A stretch of DNA of 58,705 bases from assembly GCA_043228905.1 (NCBI GenBank), contig JBHGNT010000182.1:1-58705 (forward strand), given 5' to 3'. Position numbers and translations under genes: made by a program. This document shows, one piece after another, positions 29,001 through 42,500 of this stretch. The stretch is from Azolla caroliniana. Its lineage: Eukaryota; Plantae; Polypodiophyta. Below the pieces are notes generated by a model. The model was given only the letters and a program-made list of their open reading frames with translations. It searched no databases and had not been told where the DNA came from. Numbering within the stretch: position 1 is the first letter of the stretch; every line of letters begins with the position of its first letter.

Positions 29001-30294
29001 GTGTTCTATAATAAAGAATTGAAAAATCAAGATTGTGAAGTTCAGGTCGAGAGATATGAAGCAAAAAGCAAATTTGAGGAAGGTGTAGACAAGAGCTCCT
29101 CAAAGAATGGAAATGTTTATAGATGGCTCTTCTGATATCTAATTTTGGTGTTTGAACTTGCGAATTGAAGGTAACGAAGTACTCTATAATCTAGAATTGA
29201 CAAATCAAGATTTTGAATCTCAGGTCGATAGATATGAAGAAAAAAAACAAATTTGAGGAAGGCGTAGACAAGACTCAATAAATTGAAATGTTTATAGATG
29301 GCTCTTCTGATATCGGATTTGGGTGTTTGAACTTGTGAATCGAAGGTAACGAAGTGGTCTATAATATAGAATTGAAAAATCAAGATTCTGAAACTTAGGT
29401 CGGGAGATATGAAGAAAAAAGCAAATTTGAGGACGGCGTAGACAATAGCTCCCCAATAAATTGAAATGTTTATAAATGGCTCGTGTGATATCGGATTTTG
29501 GTGTTTGAACTTGCGAATCGAAGGTAACAAAGTGGTCTATTACAGATAATGGAAAAATCAAGATTTTGAAACTCAGGTCGAGAGATATGAAGAAAAAAGT
29601 AAATTTGAGGAAGGCGTAGACAAGAGCTCCTCAATAAATTGAAATGTTTATAAATGGCTCGTGTGATATCGGATTTTGGTGTTTGAACTTGCGAATCGAA
29701 GGTAACAAAGTAGTCTATTACAGATAATTGAAAAATCAAGATTTTGAAACTCAGGTCGAGAGATATAAAGAAAAAAGTAAATTTGAGGAAGGCGTAAACA
29801 AGAGCTCCTTAGTGAATGGAAATGTTTATAATCTAGAATTGAAAAATCAAGATTTTGAATATCAGGTCGAGAGATATGAAGAAAAAAACAAATTTGAGGA
29901 AGCCGTAGACAAGAGCTCTTCAATAAAGGAAAATGTTCATAGATGGCTCGTGCAATATCGGATTTTAGTGTCTGAACTTGCGAATCGAAGGTAACACAGT
30001 GGTCTATAATATAGAATTGAAAATCAAGATTTTGAAACTTAGGTCGGGAGATATGAGGAAAAAAGCAAATTTGAGGAAGGCGTAGACAAGAGCTCCTCAA
30101 TAAATTGAAATGTTTATAAATGGCTCGTGTGATATCGGATTTTGGTGTTTGAACTTGCGAATCGAAGGTAACAAAGTAGTCTATTACAGATAATGGAAAA
30201 ATCAAGATTTTGAAACTCAGGTCGAGAGATACAAAGAAAAAAGCAAATTTGAGGAAGGCGTAGACAAGAGCTCCTTAGTGAATGGAAATGTTTA
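11089..30294 (-). repeat. 178-bp satellite, subfamily C; inverted, highly homogeneous, with kb-scale HORs
   Basis: The top strand reads GGCTCGTGTGATATCGGATTTTGGTGTTTGAACTTGCGAATCGAAGGTAACGAAGTGGTCTATAATATAGAATTG, the reverse complement of the family. Near-identical pseudo-ORFs recur at offsets 1424, 2393, 2806 and 7022. Confidence 0.95.
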
Positions 30295-31560
30295 TAAACA
30301 TTTCCATTCACTGAGGAGCTCTTGTCTACGCCTTCCTCCAATTTGCTTTTCTCTTCATATCTCTCGACCTGAGTTTCAAAATCTTGAATTTTCAATTATC
30401 TATAATAGACTACTTCGTTACCTTCGATTCGCAAGTTCAAACACCAAAATCCGATATTGCACGAGCCATTTATGAACATTTTCCTTTATTGAAGAGCTCT
30501 TGTCTACGCCTTCCTCAAATTTGTTTTTTCTTCATATCTCTCGACCTGAAATTCAAAATCTTGATTTTCCAATTCTATATTATAGACTACTTCGTTACCT
30601 TCGATTCGCAACTTCGAACACGAAAATCCGATATCGTACGAGCTATCTATGAAAATTTCCATTCATAGAGGAGCTTTTGTCTACGCCTTCCTCATTTATT
30701 AAGGAGCTCTTGTCTACGCCTTCCTCAAATTTGCTTTTTTCTTCATGTCTCTCGACCTGAGTTTCAAAATCTTGATTTTTCAATTCTATACTATAGACTA
30801 CTTCGTTACCTTCGAGTCGCAAGTTCCAACACCAAAATCTGATATTGCACGAGCCATCGATGAACATTTTCCTTTATTGAAGAGCTCTTGTCTACGCGTT
30901 CCTCAAATTTGCTTTTTTTTTCATATCTCTCAACCTGAGTTTCGAAATCTTGAATTTTCAATTATCTATAATAGACTACTTCGTTACCTTCGATTCGCAA
31001 GTTCAAACACCAAAACCGATATTGCACGAGCCATCTATGAACATTTTCCTTTATTGAAGAGGTCTTGTCTACGCCTTCTTCAAAAAATAATTTCTCTTCA
31101 TATCTCTCGACCTAACATTTCCATTCACTGAGGAGCTCTTGTCTATGCCTTCCTCAAATTTGCTTTTTTCTTCATATCTCTCGACCTGAGTTTCAAAATC
31201 TTGATTTTTCAATTCTATATTATAGACCACTTTGTTACCTTCGATTCACAAGTTCAAACACCAAAATCCGATATCACACGAGCCATCTATAAACATTTCC
31301 ATTCACTGAGGAGCTCTTGTCTACGCCTTCCTCAAATTTGCTTTTTTATTCATGTCTCTCGACCTGAGTTCAAAAATCTTGATTTTTCAATTCTATATGA
31401 TAGACTACCTCGTGACCTTCGATTCGCAACTTCAAACACCAGAATCCGATATCACACGAGCCATCTATGAACATTTTGATTCATTGAGGATCTCTTGTCT
31501 ACGCCTTCCTAAAATTTGCTTTTTTCTTCATATCTCTAGACCTGAGTTTCAAAATCTTGA
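30295..31560 (+). repeat. 178-bp satellite, C-like monomers in forward orientation with internal deletions
   Basis: TTACCTTCGATTCGCAAGTTCAAACACCAAAATCCG monomers, with deletions near 30693 and 31115. Confidence 0.9.
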
Positions 31561-32341
31561 TTTTGGTGTTTGAACTTGCGAATGGAAGGTAACGAAGTAG
31601 TCTATAATAGAGAATTGAAAAATCAAGATTTTGAAACTCAGGTCGAGAGATATGAAGAGAAAGACAAATTTGAGGAAGGCGTAGAGAAGAGCTCTTCAAT
31701 AAATGAAAATGTTAATAGATGGCTCCTGCGATATCGGATTTTGCTGTTTGAACTTGAGAATCGAAGGTAACGAAATAGTCTATAATATAGAATTGAAAAA
31801 TTCAAAATTTTAAAACTCAGGTGGAAAGACATGAACAAAAAAGCAAATTTGAGGAAGGCGTAGACAAGAGCTCCTCTATGAATGGAAATTTTAATAGATG
31901 GCTCGTGCGATATCGGATTGTGGTGTTCGAAGTTACGAATCGAAGGTAAGGAAGTAGTCTATAGTATAGAATTGAAAAATCAAGATTTTGAAACTCAGGT
32001 CGAGAGATATGAAGAAAAAAACAAATTTGAGGAAGGCGTAGACAAGAGCTCTTCAATAAAGGAAAATGTTCATAGATGGCTCGTGTAATATCGGATTTTG
32101 GTGTTTGAACTTGCGAATCGAAGGTAACGAAGTAGTCAATAGTATAGAAGTGAAAAATCATGATTTTGAAACTCAGGTCGAGAGACATGAGTAAAAAAGA
32201 AAATTTGAGGAAGGCGTAGACAAGAGCTCCTCAGTGAATGGAAATGTTTATAGATGGCTCGTGTGATATTGGATTTTGGTGTTTGAACTTGCGAAACGAA
32301 GGTAACGAAGTGGTCTATAATATACAATTGAAAAATCAAGA
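31561..32341 (-). repeat. ~780-bp (about 4.4 monomers) inverted island of C-like satellite
   Basis: Orientation flips at CAAAATCTTGA|TTTTGGTGTTTGAAC and flips back at AAAAATCAAGAAT|ATTCACAAG. Confidence 0.9.
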
Positions 32342-35300
32342 ATATTCACAAGTTTAAACACCTAAATCCGATATCACACGAGCCATATATGAACATTTTC
32401 ATTCATTGAGAAGCTCTTGTCTACGCCTTCCTAAAATTAGATTTTTTCCTCATGTCTCATAACCTGAGTTTCAAAATCTTGATCATCCAATTTTATTTTA
32501 TAGAGTACTTCGTTAGCTTCGATTCGCAAGTTTAAACACCAAAATCCGAGATCCTACGAGCCATCTATGAACATTTTCATTCATTGAGGAGCTCTTGTCT
32601 ACGCCCTCCTCAAACTTGCTTTTTGGTTCATGTCTCTCGACCTGAGTTTCAAAATCATGATTTTTAAATTCCATATTATAGACTATTTCTTCATGTCTCT
32701 CAATCTGAGTTTCAAAATCATGATTTTTCAATTCCATATTATAGACTATGTAGCTAGCTTCCATTCGCAAGTTTAAACACCAAAATCCGATATCCCACGA
32801 GCCATCTATGAACATTTTCATTCATTGAGGAGCTCTTGTCTACGCCTTCCTCAAATTTGCTTCTTCTTCATTAATTTTCAAAATTATTAATTTTCCATTC
32901 TATATTATAGACTACTTCGTTAGCTTCGATTAGAAAGTTTAAACACCTAAATCTGATATCACACGAGCCATCTATGTACATTTTCATTCATTAAGGACCT
33001 CTTGTGTACGCCTTCCTCAAATTTGCTTTTTTTATCATCTCTCTTAACCTGAGATTCAAAATCATGATTTTTCAATTTTATATTATGGACTACTTCGTTA
33101 GCTTCGATTCGCAAGTTTCAACACCAAAATCCAATATCACACGCGCCATCTATGAACATTTTCATTCATAGAGGAACTCTTGTCTACGCCTTCCTCAAAT
33201 TTCGCAAGTATAAAGACCATAATCCAATATCACACGCACCATCTATGAACATTTTCATTCATTCAGGACCTCTTGTGTACGCCTTCCTCAAACTTCCTTT
33301 TTTTTCATGTCTCTCGATCTGAGTTTCAAAATCATGATTCTTCAATTCCATATTATAGACTACTTCGTTAGCTTCGACTCATGAGTTTAAAAACCTAAAT
33401 CCGATATCACATGAGCCATCTATGATCATTTTCATGCATTGAGGAGCTCTTGTCTACGCCTTCCTCAAATTTGCTTTTTTCCTCATGTCTCTTAACCTGA
33501 GTTTCAAAATCTTAATTTTTCAATTTTATATTATAGAGTACTTCGTTAGCTTTGATTCGAAAGTTTAAACACGCAAATCCAATATCACACGAGCCATCTA
33601 TGAACATTTTCATTCATTGAGGAACTCTTGTCCCCACTTTCCTCTTATTTGCTTTTTTCCTCATGACTGTGGAACTGAGTTTACAAATCTTGATTGTGCA
33701 ATTCTATATTATAGACTACTTGATACCTTCGATTCGCAAGTTTAAACACTAAAATCCGATATCACACGAGCCGTCTATGAACATTTTCATTCATTGAGGA
33801 CCTCTTGTCTACATCTTCCTCAAATTTGCTTTTCTTTTTGTGTCTCTCGATTTGGGTTTCAAAATATTGATTTTTCAATTCTATATTATAGACTACTTCG
33901 TTAGCTTCGATTCACGAGTTTAAACACCTAAATCCGATATCACATGAGCCATCTATGATCATTTTCATGCATTGAGGAGCTCGTCTACGCCTTCCTCAAA
34001 GATGCTTTTTTATTCATGTCTCTCGGCCTGAGTTTTAAAATCATGATTTTTTAATTCCATATTATAGACTATTTTGCTAGCTTCGATTCGCAAGTTCAAA
34101 CACCAAAATCTGATATACCACGAGCCATCTACGAACATTTTCATTCATTGAGGAGGTCTTGTCTACGCCTTCTTCAAATTTGCTTTTTTCCTCATGTCTC
34201 TTAACCTGAGTTTCAAATTTTGGATTTTTCAATTGTAAATTATAGACTACTTTGTTAGTTTCGATTCGCAAGTTTAAACACCAAAATCGGATATCACACG
34301 AGCCATCTATGAATATTTTCATTCATTGAGGACCTCTTGGCTACGGTTTCCTCAAATTTGCTATTCCATTTGCTTCATGATTCGCAAGATTAAACACCAA
34401 AATCCAATATCACATACACCATCTATGAAAATTTTTATTCATTGAGGAGCTCTTGTCTACGCCTTCCTCAAGCTTGCTTTTTTCTTCATGTCTTTCAATC
34501 TTTGTTTGAAAATCATGATTTTTCAATTCCATATTATAGACTATTTCGCTAGCTTCGATTCGCAAGTTTAAACACCAAAATCTGATATCCCACGAGCCAT
34601 GTATGAACATTTTCATTTATTGAGGAGCTCTTGTCTACGCCTTCCGCAAATTTGCTTTTTTCCTCATGTCTCTTAGCCTGAGTTTCAAAATCTTAATTTC
34701 TCAATTTTATATTATAGACTATCTCGTGAGCTTCAATTCGAAAGTTTAAACACCTAAATCCGATATCACACGACACATCTATGAACATTTTGATTCATTG
34801 AGGAGCTCTTGTCTACGCCTTCCTCAAATTTGCTTTTTTCTTCACGACAGTGGAACTGAGTTTGAAAATCTTGATTTTGCAATTTTATATGATAGACTAC
34901 TTGATACCTTTGATTCGCAAGTTTAACCACCAAAATCAGATATTACAGGAGCCGTCTATGAACACTTTCATTCATTGAGGACCTCTTGTCTACGTCTTCC
35001 TCAAATTTGCTTTTCTTTTCATTTCTCTCAACCTGAATTTGAAAATCATGATTTTTCAATTTTATATTATAGACTACTTCGTTAGCTTCGATTCAACACA
35101 AGTTTAAACGCCAAAATCTAATATCACACGAGTTGTTTATCAACATTTTCATTCATTGAGGGCCTCTTCTCTACGCCTTCCTCAAATTTGCTTTTTTCCT
35201 CATGTCTCTTAACCTGAATTTCAAAATCTTGACTTTTCAATTCTATATTATAGACTACTTCGATAGCTTCGATTCGCGAGTTTAAACACCTAAATCCGAT

Positions 35301-38300
35301 ATTACATGAGCCATCTATGATCATTTTCATGCATTGAGAAACTCTTGTCTACGCCTTCCTCAAAGTTGCTTTTTTCTTCATTTCTCTCGACGTGAGCTTT
35401 AAAAATCTTGATTTTTCAATTTTATATTATAGACTACTTCGCTAGCTCCGATTCGCAAGATTAAACACCAAAATCCAATATCACACGCACCATCTATGAA
35501 CATTTTCATTCATTGAGGAGCTCTTGTCTACGCTTTCCTAAAACTTGGTTTTTTCATTATGTCTGTCGACTTGAGTTTCAAAATCATGATTTTTCAATTA
35601 CATATTATAGATTACTTCGTTAGCTTCTATTCACAAGTTTAAACACCAAAATCCGATATCCCACGAGCCATCTATGAACATTTTCATGCATTGAGTAGTT
35701 CTTGCCTACGCCTTCCTCAAAGTTGCTTTTTTCTTAATGTCTCTCGACCTGAGTTTCCAAATCTAGATTTTTGAATTCTATATTATATACTACTTCGTTA
35801 CCTTCCATTGGCATCTTTATACACCAAAATGCGATATCACACGAGCCATATATGAATATTTTTATTCATTGAGGAGCTCTTGTCTACGCCATCCTCAAAT
35901 TTTCTTTTTTCCTCATGTCTCTTAACCTGAGATTCAAAATGATGATATTTTAAATCCATATTATAGACTACTTCGGTAGCTTCCATTCGGAAGTTTAAAC
36001 ACCAAAATCCGATATCATATGAGCCATCTATGAACATTTTCATTCATTGAGGAGCTCTTGTCTACGCCTTTCTCAAATTTGCTTTTTTCCTCATGTCTCT
36101 CTACCTGAATTTCAAAATCTTGATTTTTCAATTCGATATTATAGACTACTTCGTTACTTTCGATTCACTATTTTAAACACCTAAATCCGATATCACACGA
36201 GCCATCTATGAATATTTTCATTCATTGAGGAGCTCTTGTCTACGCCTTCCTCAAATTTGCTTTTTTCTTCATGTCTCTCGACCTGAGTTTCAAAATCTTG
36301 ATTTTTCAATTATCTATAATAGACTACTTCGTTACCTTCAATTCGCAAGTTCCAACACCAAAATCCGATATTGCACGAGCCATCTATGTTCATTTTCATG
36401 CATTCAGGAGCTCTTGTCTTCGCCTTCCTCAAACTTGGTTTTTTCTTCATGTCTCTCGACCTGAGTTTCAAAATCTTCATTTTTCAATTCTATATTATAG
36501 ACTACTTCATACCTTCGATTCGCAAGTTTAAACACCAAAATCCGATATCACACGAGTCATCTATGAACATTTTCATTCATTGAGGACCCCCTTGTCAACG
36601 GCTTCCTCAAATTTGCTTTTTTTTTCATGTCTCTCGACCTGAGTTTCAAAATCTTGATTTTTCAATTCTATATTATAGACTACTTCGTTAGCTTCGAGTC
36701 ACGAGTTTAAACACGTAAATCCGATATCACACGAGCCATTTATGAACATTTTTATTCATTGAGGAGCTCTTGTCTACGCCTTCCTCAAAGTTGCTTTTTT
36801 CTTCATGTCTCTTGACCTAAGTTTCAAAATCTTAATTTTTCAATTCTATATTATAGACTACTTCCTTACCTTCGATTCGAAAGTGTAAACCCCAAAATCC
36901 GATACCACACGAGCTAGCTATGAACGTTTTCTATCATTAAGGAGCTCTTGTCTACGCCTTCCTCAAATTTGCTTTTTTCTTCATGTCTCTAGACCTCAGT
37001 TTTAAAATGTTCATCTTCCAATTTTAAATTACAAACTACTTCGTTAGCTTCGATTCACGAATTTAAACACCTAAATCCGATATCACACGAGCCATCTATG
37101 AACATTTTGATTCATTTAGGAGCTCTTGTCTACGCCTTCCTCAAAGATGCTTTTTTTTTCGTGTCTCTCGACCTGAGTTGGAAAATCATGATTTTTTAAT
37201 TCCATATTATAGACTATTTCACTAGCTTCCATTCGCAAGTTTAAACACCAAAATCCGATATCCCACGAGCCATTTATGAGCATCTTCATTCATTGAGGAG
37301 CTCTTGTCTACGCCTTCCTCAAATTTGCTTTTCAATTTGCTTCATGATTTTTCAATTTTATATTATAGACTACTTCGTTAGCTCCGATTCGCAAGATTAA
37401 ACACCAAAATCCAATATCACACGCACCATCTATGAACATTTTCATTCATTGAGGAGATCTTGTCTACGCCTTCCTCAAACTAGGTTTTTTCATTATGTCT
37501 GTCGACCTGAGTTTCAAAATCATGATTTTTATATTACATATTATAGATTACTTCGTTAGCTTCTATTCGCAAGTTTAAACACCAAAATCCGATATCCCAC
37601 GAGCCATCTATGAACATTTTCACGCATTGAGCAGTTCTTGTCTACGCCTTCCTCAAAGTTGCTTCTTTCTTAATGTCTCTCGACCTGAGTTTCCAAATCT
37701 TGATTTCTGAATTCTATATTATATACTACTTCGGTACCTTCGATTGGCATCTTTATACACCAAAATGCGATATCACACGAGCCATCTATGAATATTTTTA
37801 TTCATTGAGGAGCTCTTGTCTACGCCTTCCTCAAATTTGCTTTTTTCCTCATGTCTCTTAACCTGAATTTCAAAATCTTGAATTTTCAATTCTAGACCTG
37901 AGATTCAAAATCATGATTTTCCAATTGTATATTATAGACTACTTCGTTAGCTTCGATTTGCAAGTTTAAACACCAAAATCCGATATCCCACGAGCCATCT
38001 ATGAACATTTTCATTCATTGAGGAGCTCTTGTCTACGCCTTCCTCAAATTTGCTTTATTCCTCATGTCTCTTAACCTGAGTTTCAAAATCTTGAATTTTC
38101 AATTCTATATTATAGACTACTTCGTTAGCTTCGAATCGCGAGTTTAAACACCTATATCTGATATCACACGAGCCATCTATGATCATTCTCATGGATTTAG
38201 GAGCTCTTGTCTACGCCTTCCTCAAAATCCGAGTTTAGGATTTAGGGTTTAGAAGCTCAAGTCTACGCCTATTATCATTTTCTTCATGTCTCTCGACCTG

Positions 38301-39560
38301 AGTTTCAAAATCTTGATTTCTCAATTCTATATTATAGACTACTTGATACCTTCGATTCGCAAGTTTAAACACTAAAATCCGATATCACACGAGCCGTCTA
38401 TGAGCCTGAGGAGCTCTTGTCTACGCCTTCCTTACCTTCGATTCACAAGTTTAAACACCAAAATCCAATATCACACGCACCATCTATAAACATTTTCATT
38501 CATTGAGGAGCTCTTGTCTACGCTTTCCTCAAACTTGCTTTTTTCTTAATGTCTCTCGACCTGAGTTTCAAAATCATGATTTTTCAATTCTACATTATCG
38601 ACTACTTCGTTACCTTCGATTCGCAAGTTTAAACACCAAAATTCGATATCACACACGCCCCCTATGAACATTTCCATTCATTGATGAACTCTTGTCAACG
38701 CCATCCTTAAATTTGCTTTTTTCCTCATGTCTCTTGACCTAAGTTTCAAAATCTTTATTTTTCAATTGTATATTATAGACTACTTCGTTAGCTTCGATTC
38801 GCAAGTTTAAACACCAAAATCCGATATCACACGAGCCATCTATGAACATTTTCATTCACTGAGAAGCTCTTGTCTACGCCTTTTTTCAAATTTGCTGTTT
38901 TCTTCATGTCTCTTGACCTGAGTTTCAAAATCTTCATTTTTCAATTCTATATTATAGACTACTTCGTTAGCTTCGATTCGCAAGTTTAAACGCATAAATA
39001 CGATATCACACGGGCCATCTATGAACATTTTCCTTCATTGAGGAGCTCTTGTCTACGCCTTCCTTACCTTGTATTCGCAAGTTTAAACACCTAAATCCGA
39101 TATCACACGAGCCATCTATGAACATTTTCATTCATTGAGAAGCTCTTGTCTACGCCTTCGTAAAATATTCTTTTTTACTCACGTTTCTCGACTTGAGTTT
39201 GAAAATCTTGATTTTTCAATTCTACATTATCGACTACTTCGTTACCTTCGATTCGCGAGTTTAAACACCTAAATCTGATATCACACGAGCCATCTATGAA
39301 CACTTTCATTCATTGAGGAGCTCTTGTCTACGCCTTCCTCATATTTGCTTATTTCCTTATGTCTCTTGACCTGAGTTTCAAAATCTTTGATTTTTCAATT
39401 CTATATTATAGACTACTTCGTTACCTTCGATTCGAGGGTTTAAATACGAAAAATCAGATATCACACGAGCCATGTATGAACATTTTAATTCACTGAGGAG
39501 CTCTTGTTTACGCCTTCCTCAAATTTGCTTTTTTCTTCATGTCCCTCGACCTGATTTTCA
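32342..39560 (+). repeat. 178-bp satellite, subfamily D (diverged, deletion-rich)
   Basis: Diagnostic AGACTACTTCGTTAG/CCTTCGATTCGCAAGTTTAAACACC and CATCTATGAACATTTTCATTCATTGAGGAGCTC. Many private substitutions and truncated monomers. Confidence 0.9.
38234..38252 (+). repeat. Short interstitial plant telomere-like tract
   Basis: TTTAGGA TTTAGGG TTTAG lies inside a rearranged monomer. Confidence 0.55.
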
Positions 39561-42500
39561 AAATCATGATTTATGAACTTGATATCATAGCTAGCTTCGT
39601 TAGCTTCGATTCTCATGTTTAAACATTAAAATCCGATATCACACGAGGCATCTATGAACATTTTCATTTACTCACAACCTCTAGTCCACGGCTTCCTCAA
39701 ATGTGCTCTTTTGGGCATGTCTCTCGACCTGAGTTTCAAAATATTGATTTTTCAATTGTATATAATAGATTACTTCGATAGATTCGATTGGCATGTGTAA
39801 ACACAAACATCCGATATCACACGAGCCATGTATGAACATTTTCAGTCATTGAGGACCTCTTGTCTACGCCATGCTCAAATTTTCTTTTATCTTCATGTCT
39901 TTCGGCCTGACTTTCAAAATCATCATTTTTGGATTCGATAACATAGCTGGCTTCGTTAGCTTCGATTCGCATGTTTAAACACCAAAATCCGATATCACAC
40001 GAGCCATCTATGAACATTTTCATTTACTCAAGATCTCTAGTCTACGGCTTCCTCAAATGTGCTTTTTTCTTCATGTTCTCGGCCTGAGTTTCAAAATCTT
40101 GATTGTTCTATTCTATATTATAGAGTACTTCGTTAGCTTCGATTTGCATGTTTAAAGACTAAAATCCGATATGACACGAGGCATCTATGAACATTTTCAA
40201 TCATTGAGGCGCTCTTGTCTACGCCATCCTAAAATTTACTTTTTTCTTCATGTCTCTCGGCCTGAGTTTCAAAATCTTGATTTTACAGCTCCATATTATA
40301 AAGTACTTCTTTGAATTCGATTCGCATGTCTAAATACAAAAATCCGATATCACACGAGCCAGCTATGAACATTTTCAGTCATTGAGGAGCTCTTGTCTAC
40401 GCCAACCTCAAATTTTCTTTTTTCTTCATGACTCTCGACCTTAATTTCAAAATCATAATTTTTTATTTGGATATCATAGCTAACTTAAATAGCTTCAATT
40501 CGCATGTATAAACACGAAAATCCGATATCACACGAACCATCTATGAACATTTTCATTTACTCACGACTTCTAGTCTATGGCTTCCTAAAATGTGCTTTTT
40601 TGTTCATGTCTCTCGGCCTGAGTTTCAAAATCTTGATTTTTCTATTCTATATTATAGAGTACTTCGTTAGATTCGATTCGCATGTCTAAACACAAATATC
40701 CGATATCACACGAGCCATCTATGAACATTTTCATTCACTGAGGAGCTCTCGTGTACACCTTCCACTAATTTGATTTTTTATTCACTGGGGAGCTTCAAAA
40801 TCATGATTTTTGAATTTGATAAGATAGGTAGCTTCGTTAGCTTCAATTCGCATGTTTAAACACTAATATCCGATTTCATACGAGGCATGTATGAACATTT
40901 TCATTTACTCACGACCTTTACTCTACGGCTTCTTCAAATGTGCTTTTTTGTTCATGTCTCTCGGCCTGAGTTTCAAAATCTTGATTTTAGTATTCTAAAT
41001 TACAAAGTACTTCGTTAGATTCGATTCGCATGTCTATACACAAAAATCCGATATCACAAGAGCCATGTATGAACATTTTCAATCATTGAGGAGCGCTTAT
41101 CTACGCCTTCCTCAAATTAGCTTTTTCCGTAATGTCTTTGGACCTAACTTTCAAAATCATGATTTTTGAATTCGATAACATAACTAGCTTCGTTATCTTC
41201 GATTCACATGTTTAAACAATAAAATCCGATATTTCACGAGCCATCTATGAACATTTTCATTTACTCACGACCTCTAGTCTACGGTTTCCTCAAATGTGCT
41301 TTTTTCATGATGTCTCTCGGCCTGAGTTTCATAATTTGGATTTTACAATTCTATATTATAAAGTACTTCGTTAGATTCGATTCACATGTCTAAAGACAAA
41401 AATCCCATATCATACGAGCCATCTATAAACATTTTAAGTCATTGACGAGCTCTTGTTTACGCCATCCTCAAATTTGCTTTTTTCTTCATGTCTCTGGACC
41501 TAAGTTTCAAAATCATAATTTTTGAATTCGATATTATAGCTAGCTTAGTTAGCTTCGATTCAAATGTATAAACACCAAAATCCGATATTACAGAGGCCAT
41601 CTATGAACATTTTCAATTCTACGGCTTCCTCAAATGTGCTTTCTTCTTCATGTCTCTCGGCCTGAGTTTCAAAATCATGATTTTTGAATTGGATATCATA
41701 GCTATCTTCGTTAGCTTCGATTCGCAGGTTGAAACTCTAAAATCCGATATCACACGAGCCTTGTATGAATATTTTCATTTACTCACGACCTCTAGTCTAC
41801 AACTTCCTCAAATGTGCTTTTTTCTTCATGTCTCTTGGCCTGAGTTTCACAATCTCGATTTATTAAATCTATATTATAGAGTACTTCGCTAGAATCGATT
41901 CGCATGTCTAAACACAAATATCCGATATTACACCAGCCATGTATGAACATTTTCATTCACGAAGGAACTCTTGTCTACGCCTTCCTCAAATTTGCTTTTT
42001 TCTTCATGTCTCTCGACCTAAGTTTTAAAATCATGATTTTTGAATTCGATATCCTACCTAGCTTCGTTAGCTTCGATTCCAATGTTTAAACACCAAAATC
42101 CGATATCACACGAGCCATCTATGAACATTTTCATTTGCTTTCTTCTTTATGTCTCTCGACGTGAGTATCAAAATCATGATGTTTGAATTCGATATCATAG
42201 CAAGTTTTTTTAGCTTCGATTTTTATGTTTAAACTCTAAAATCCGATATCACACGAGCCATCTATGAACGTTTTCATTCACTCAGGAGCTCTTGTCTACG
42301 GCTTCCTCAAATGTGCTTTTCTCTTCATGTCTTTCAGCCTAAGTTTCAAAATCTTGATTTTGTAATTCTATATTATAAAGTACTTCGTTAGACTCGATTC
42401 GCATGTTTAAACACAAATATCCGATATCACGCGGGCCAACTATAAACATTTTGATTTACTCACGACCTTTAGTCTTGGCTTCCTCAAATGTGCTTTTTTC

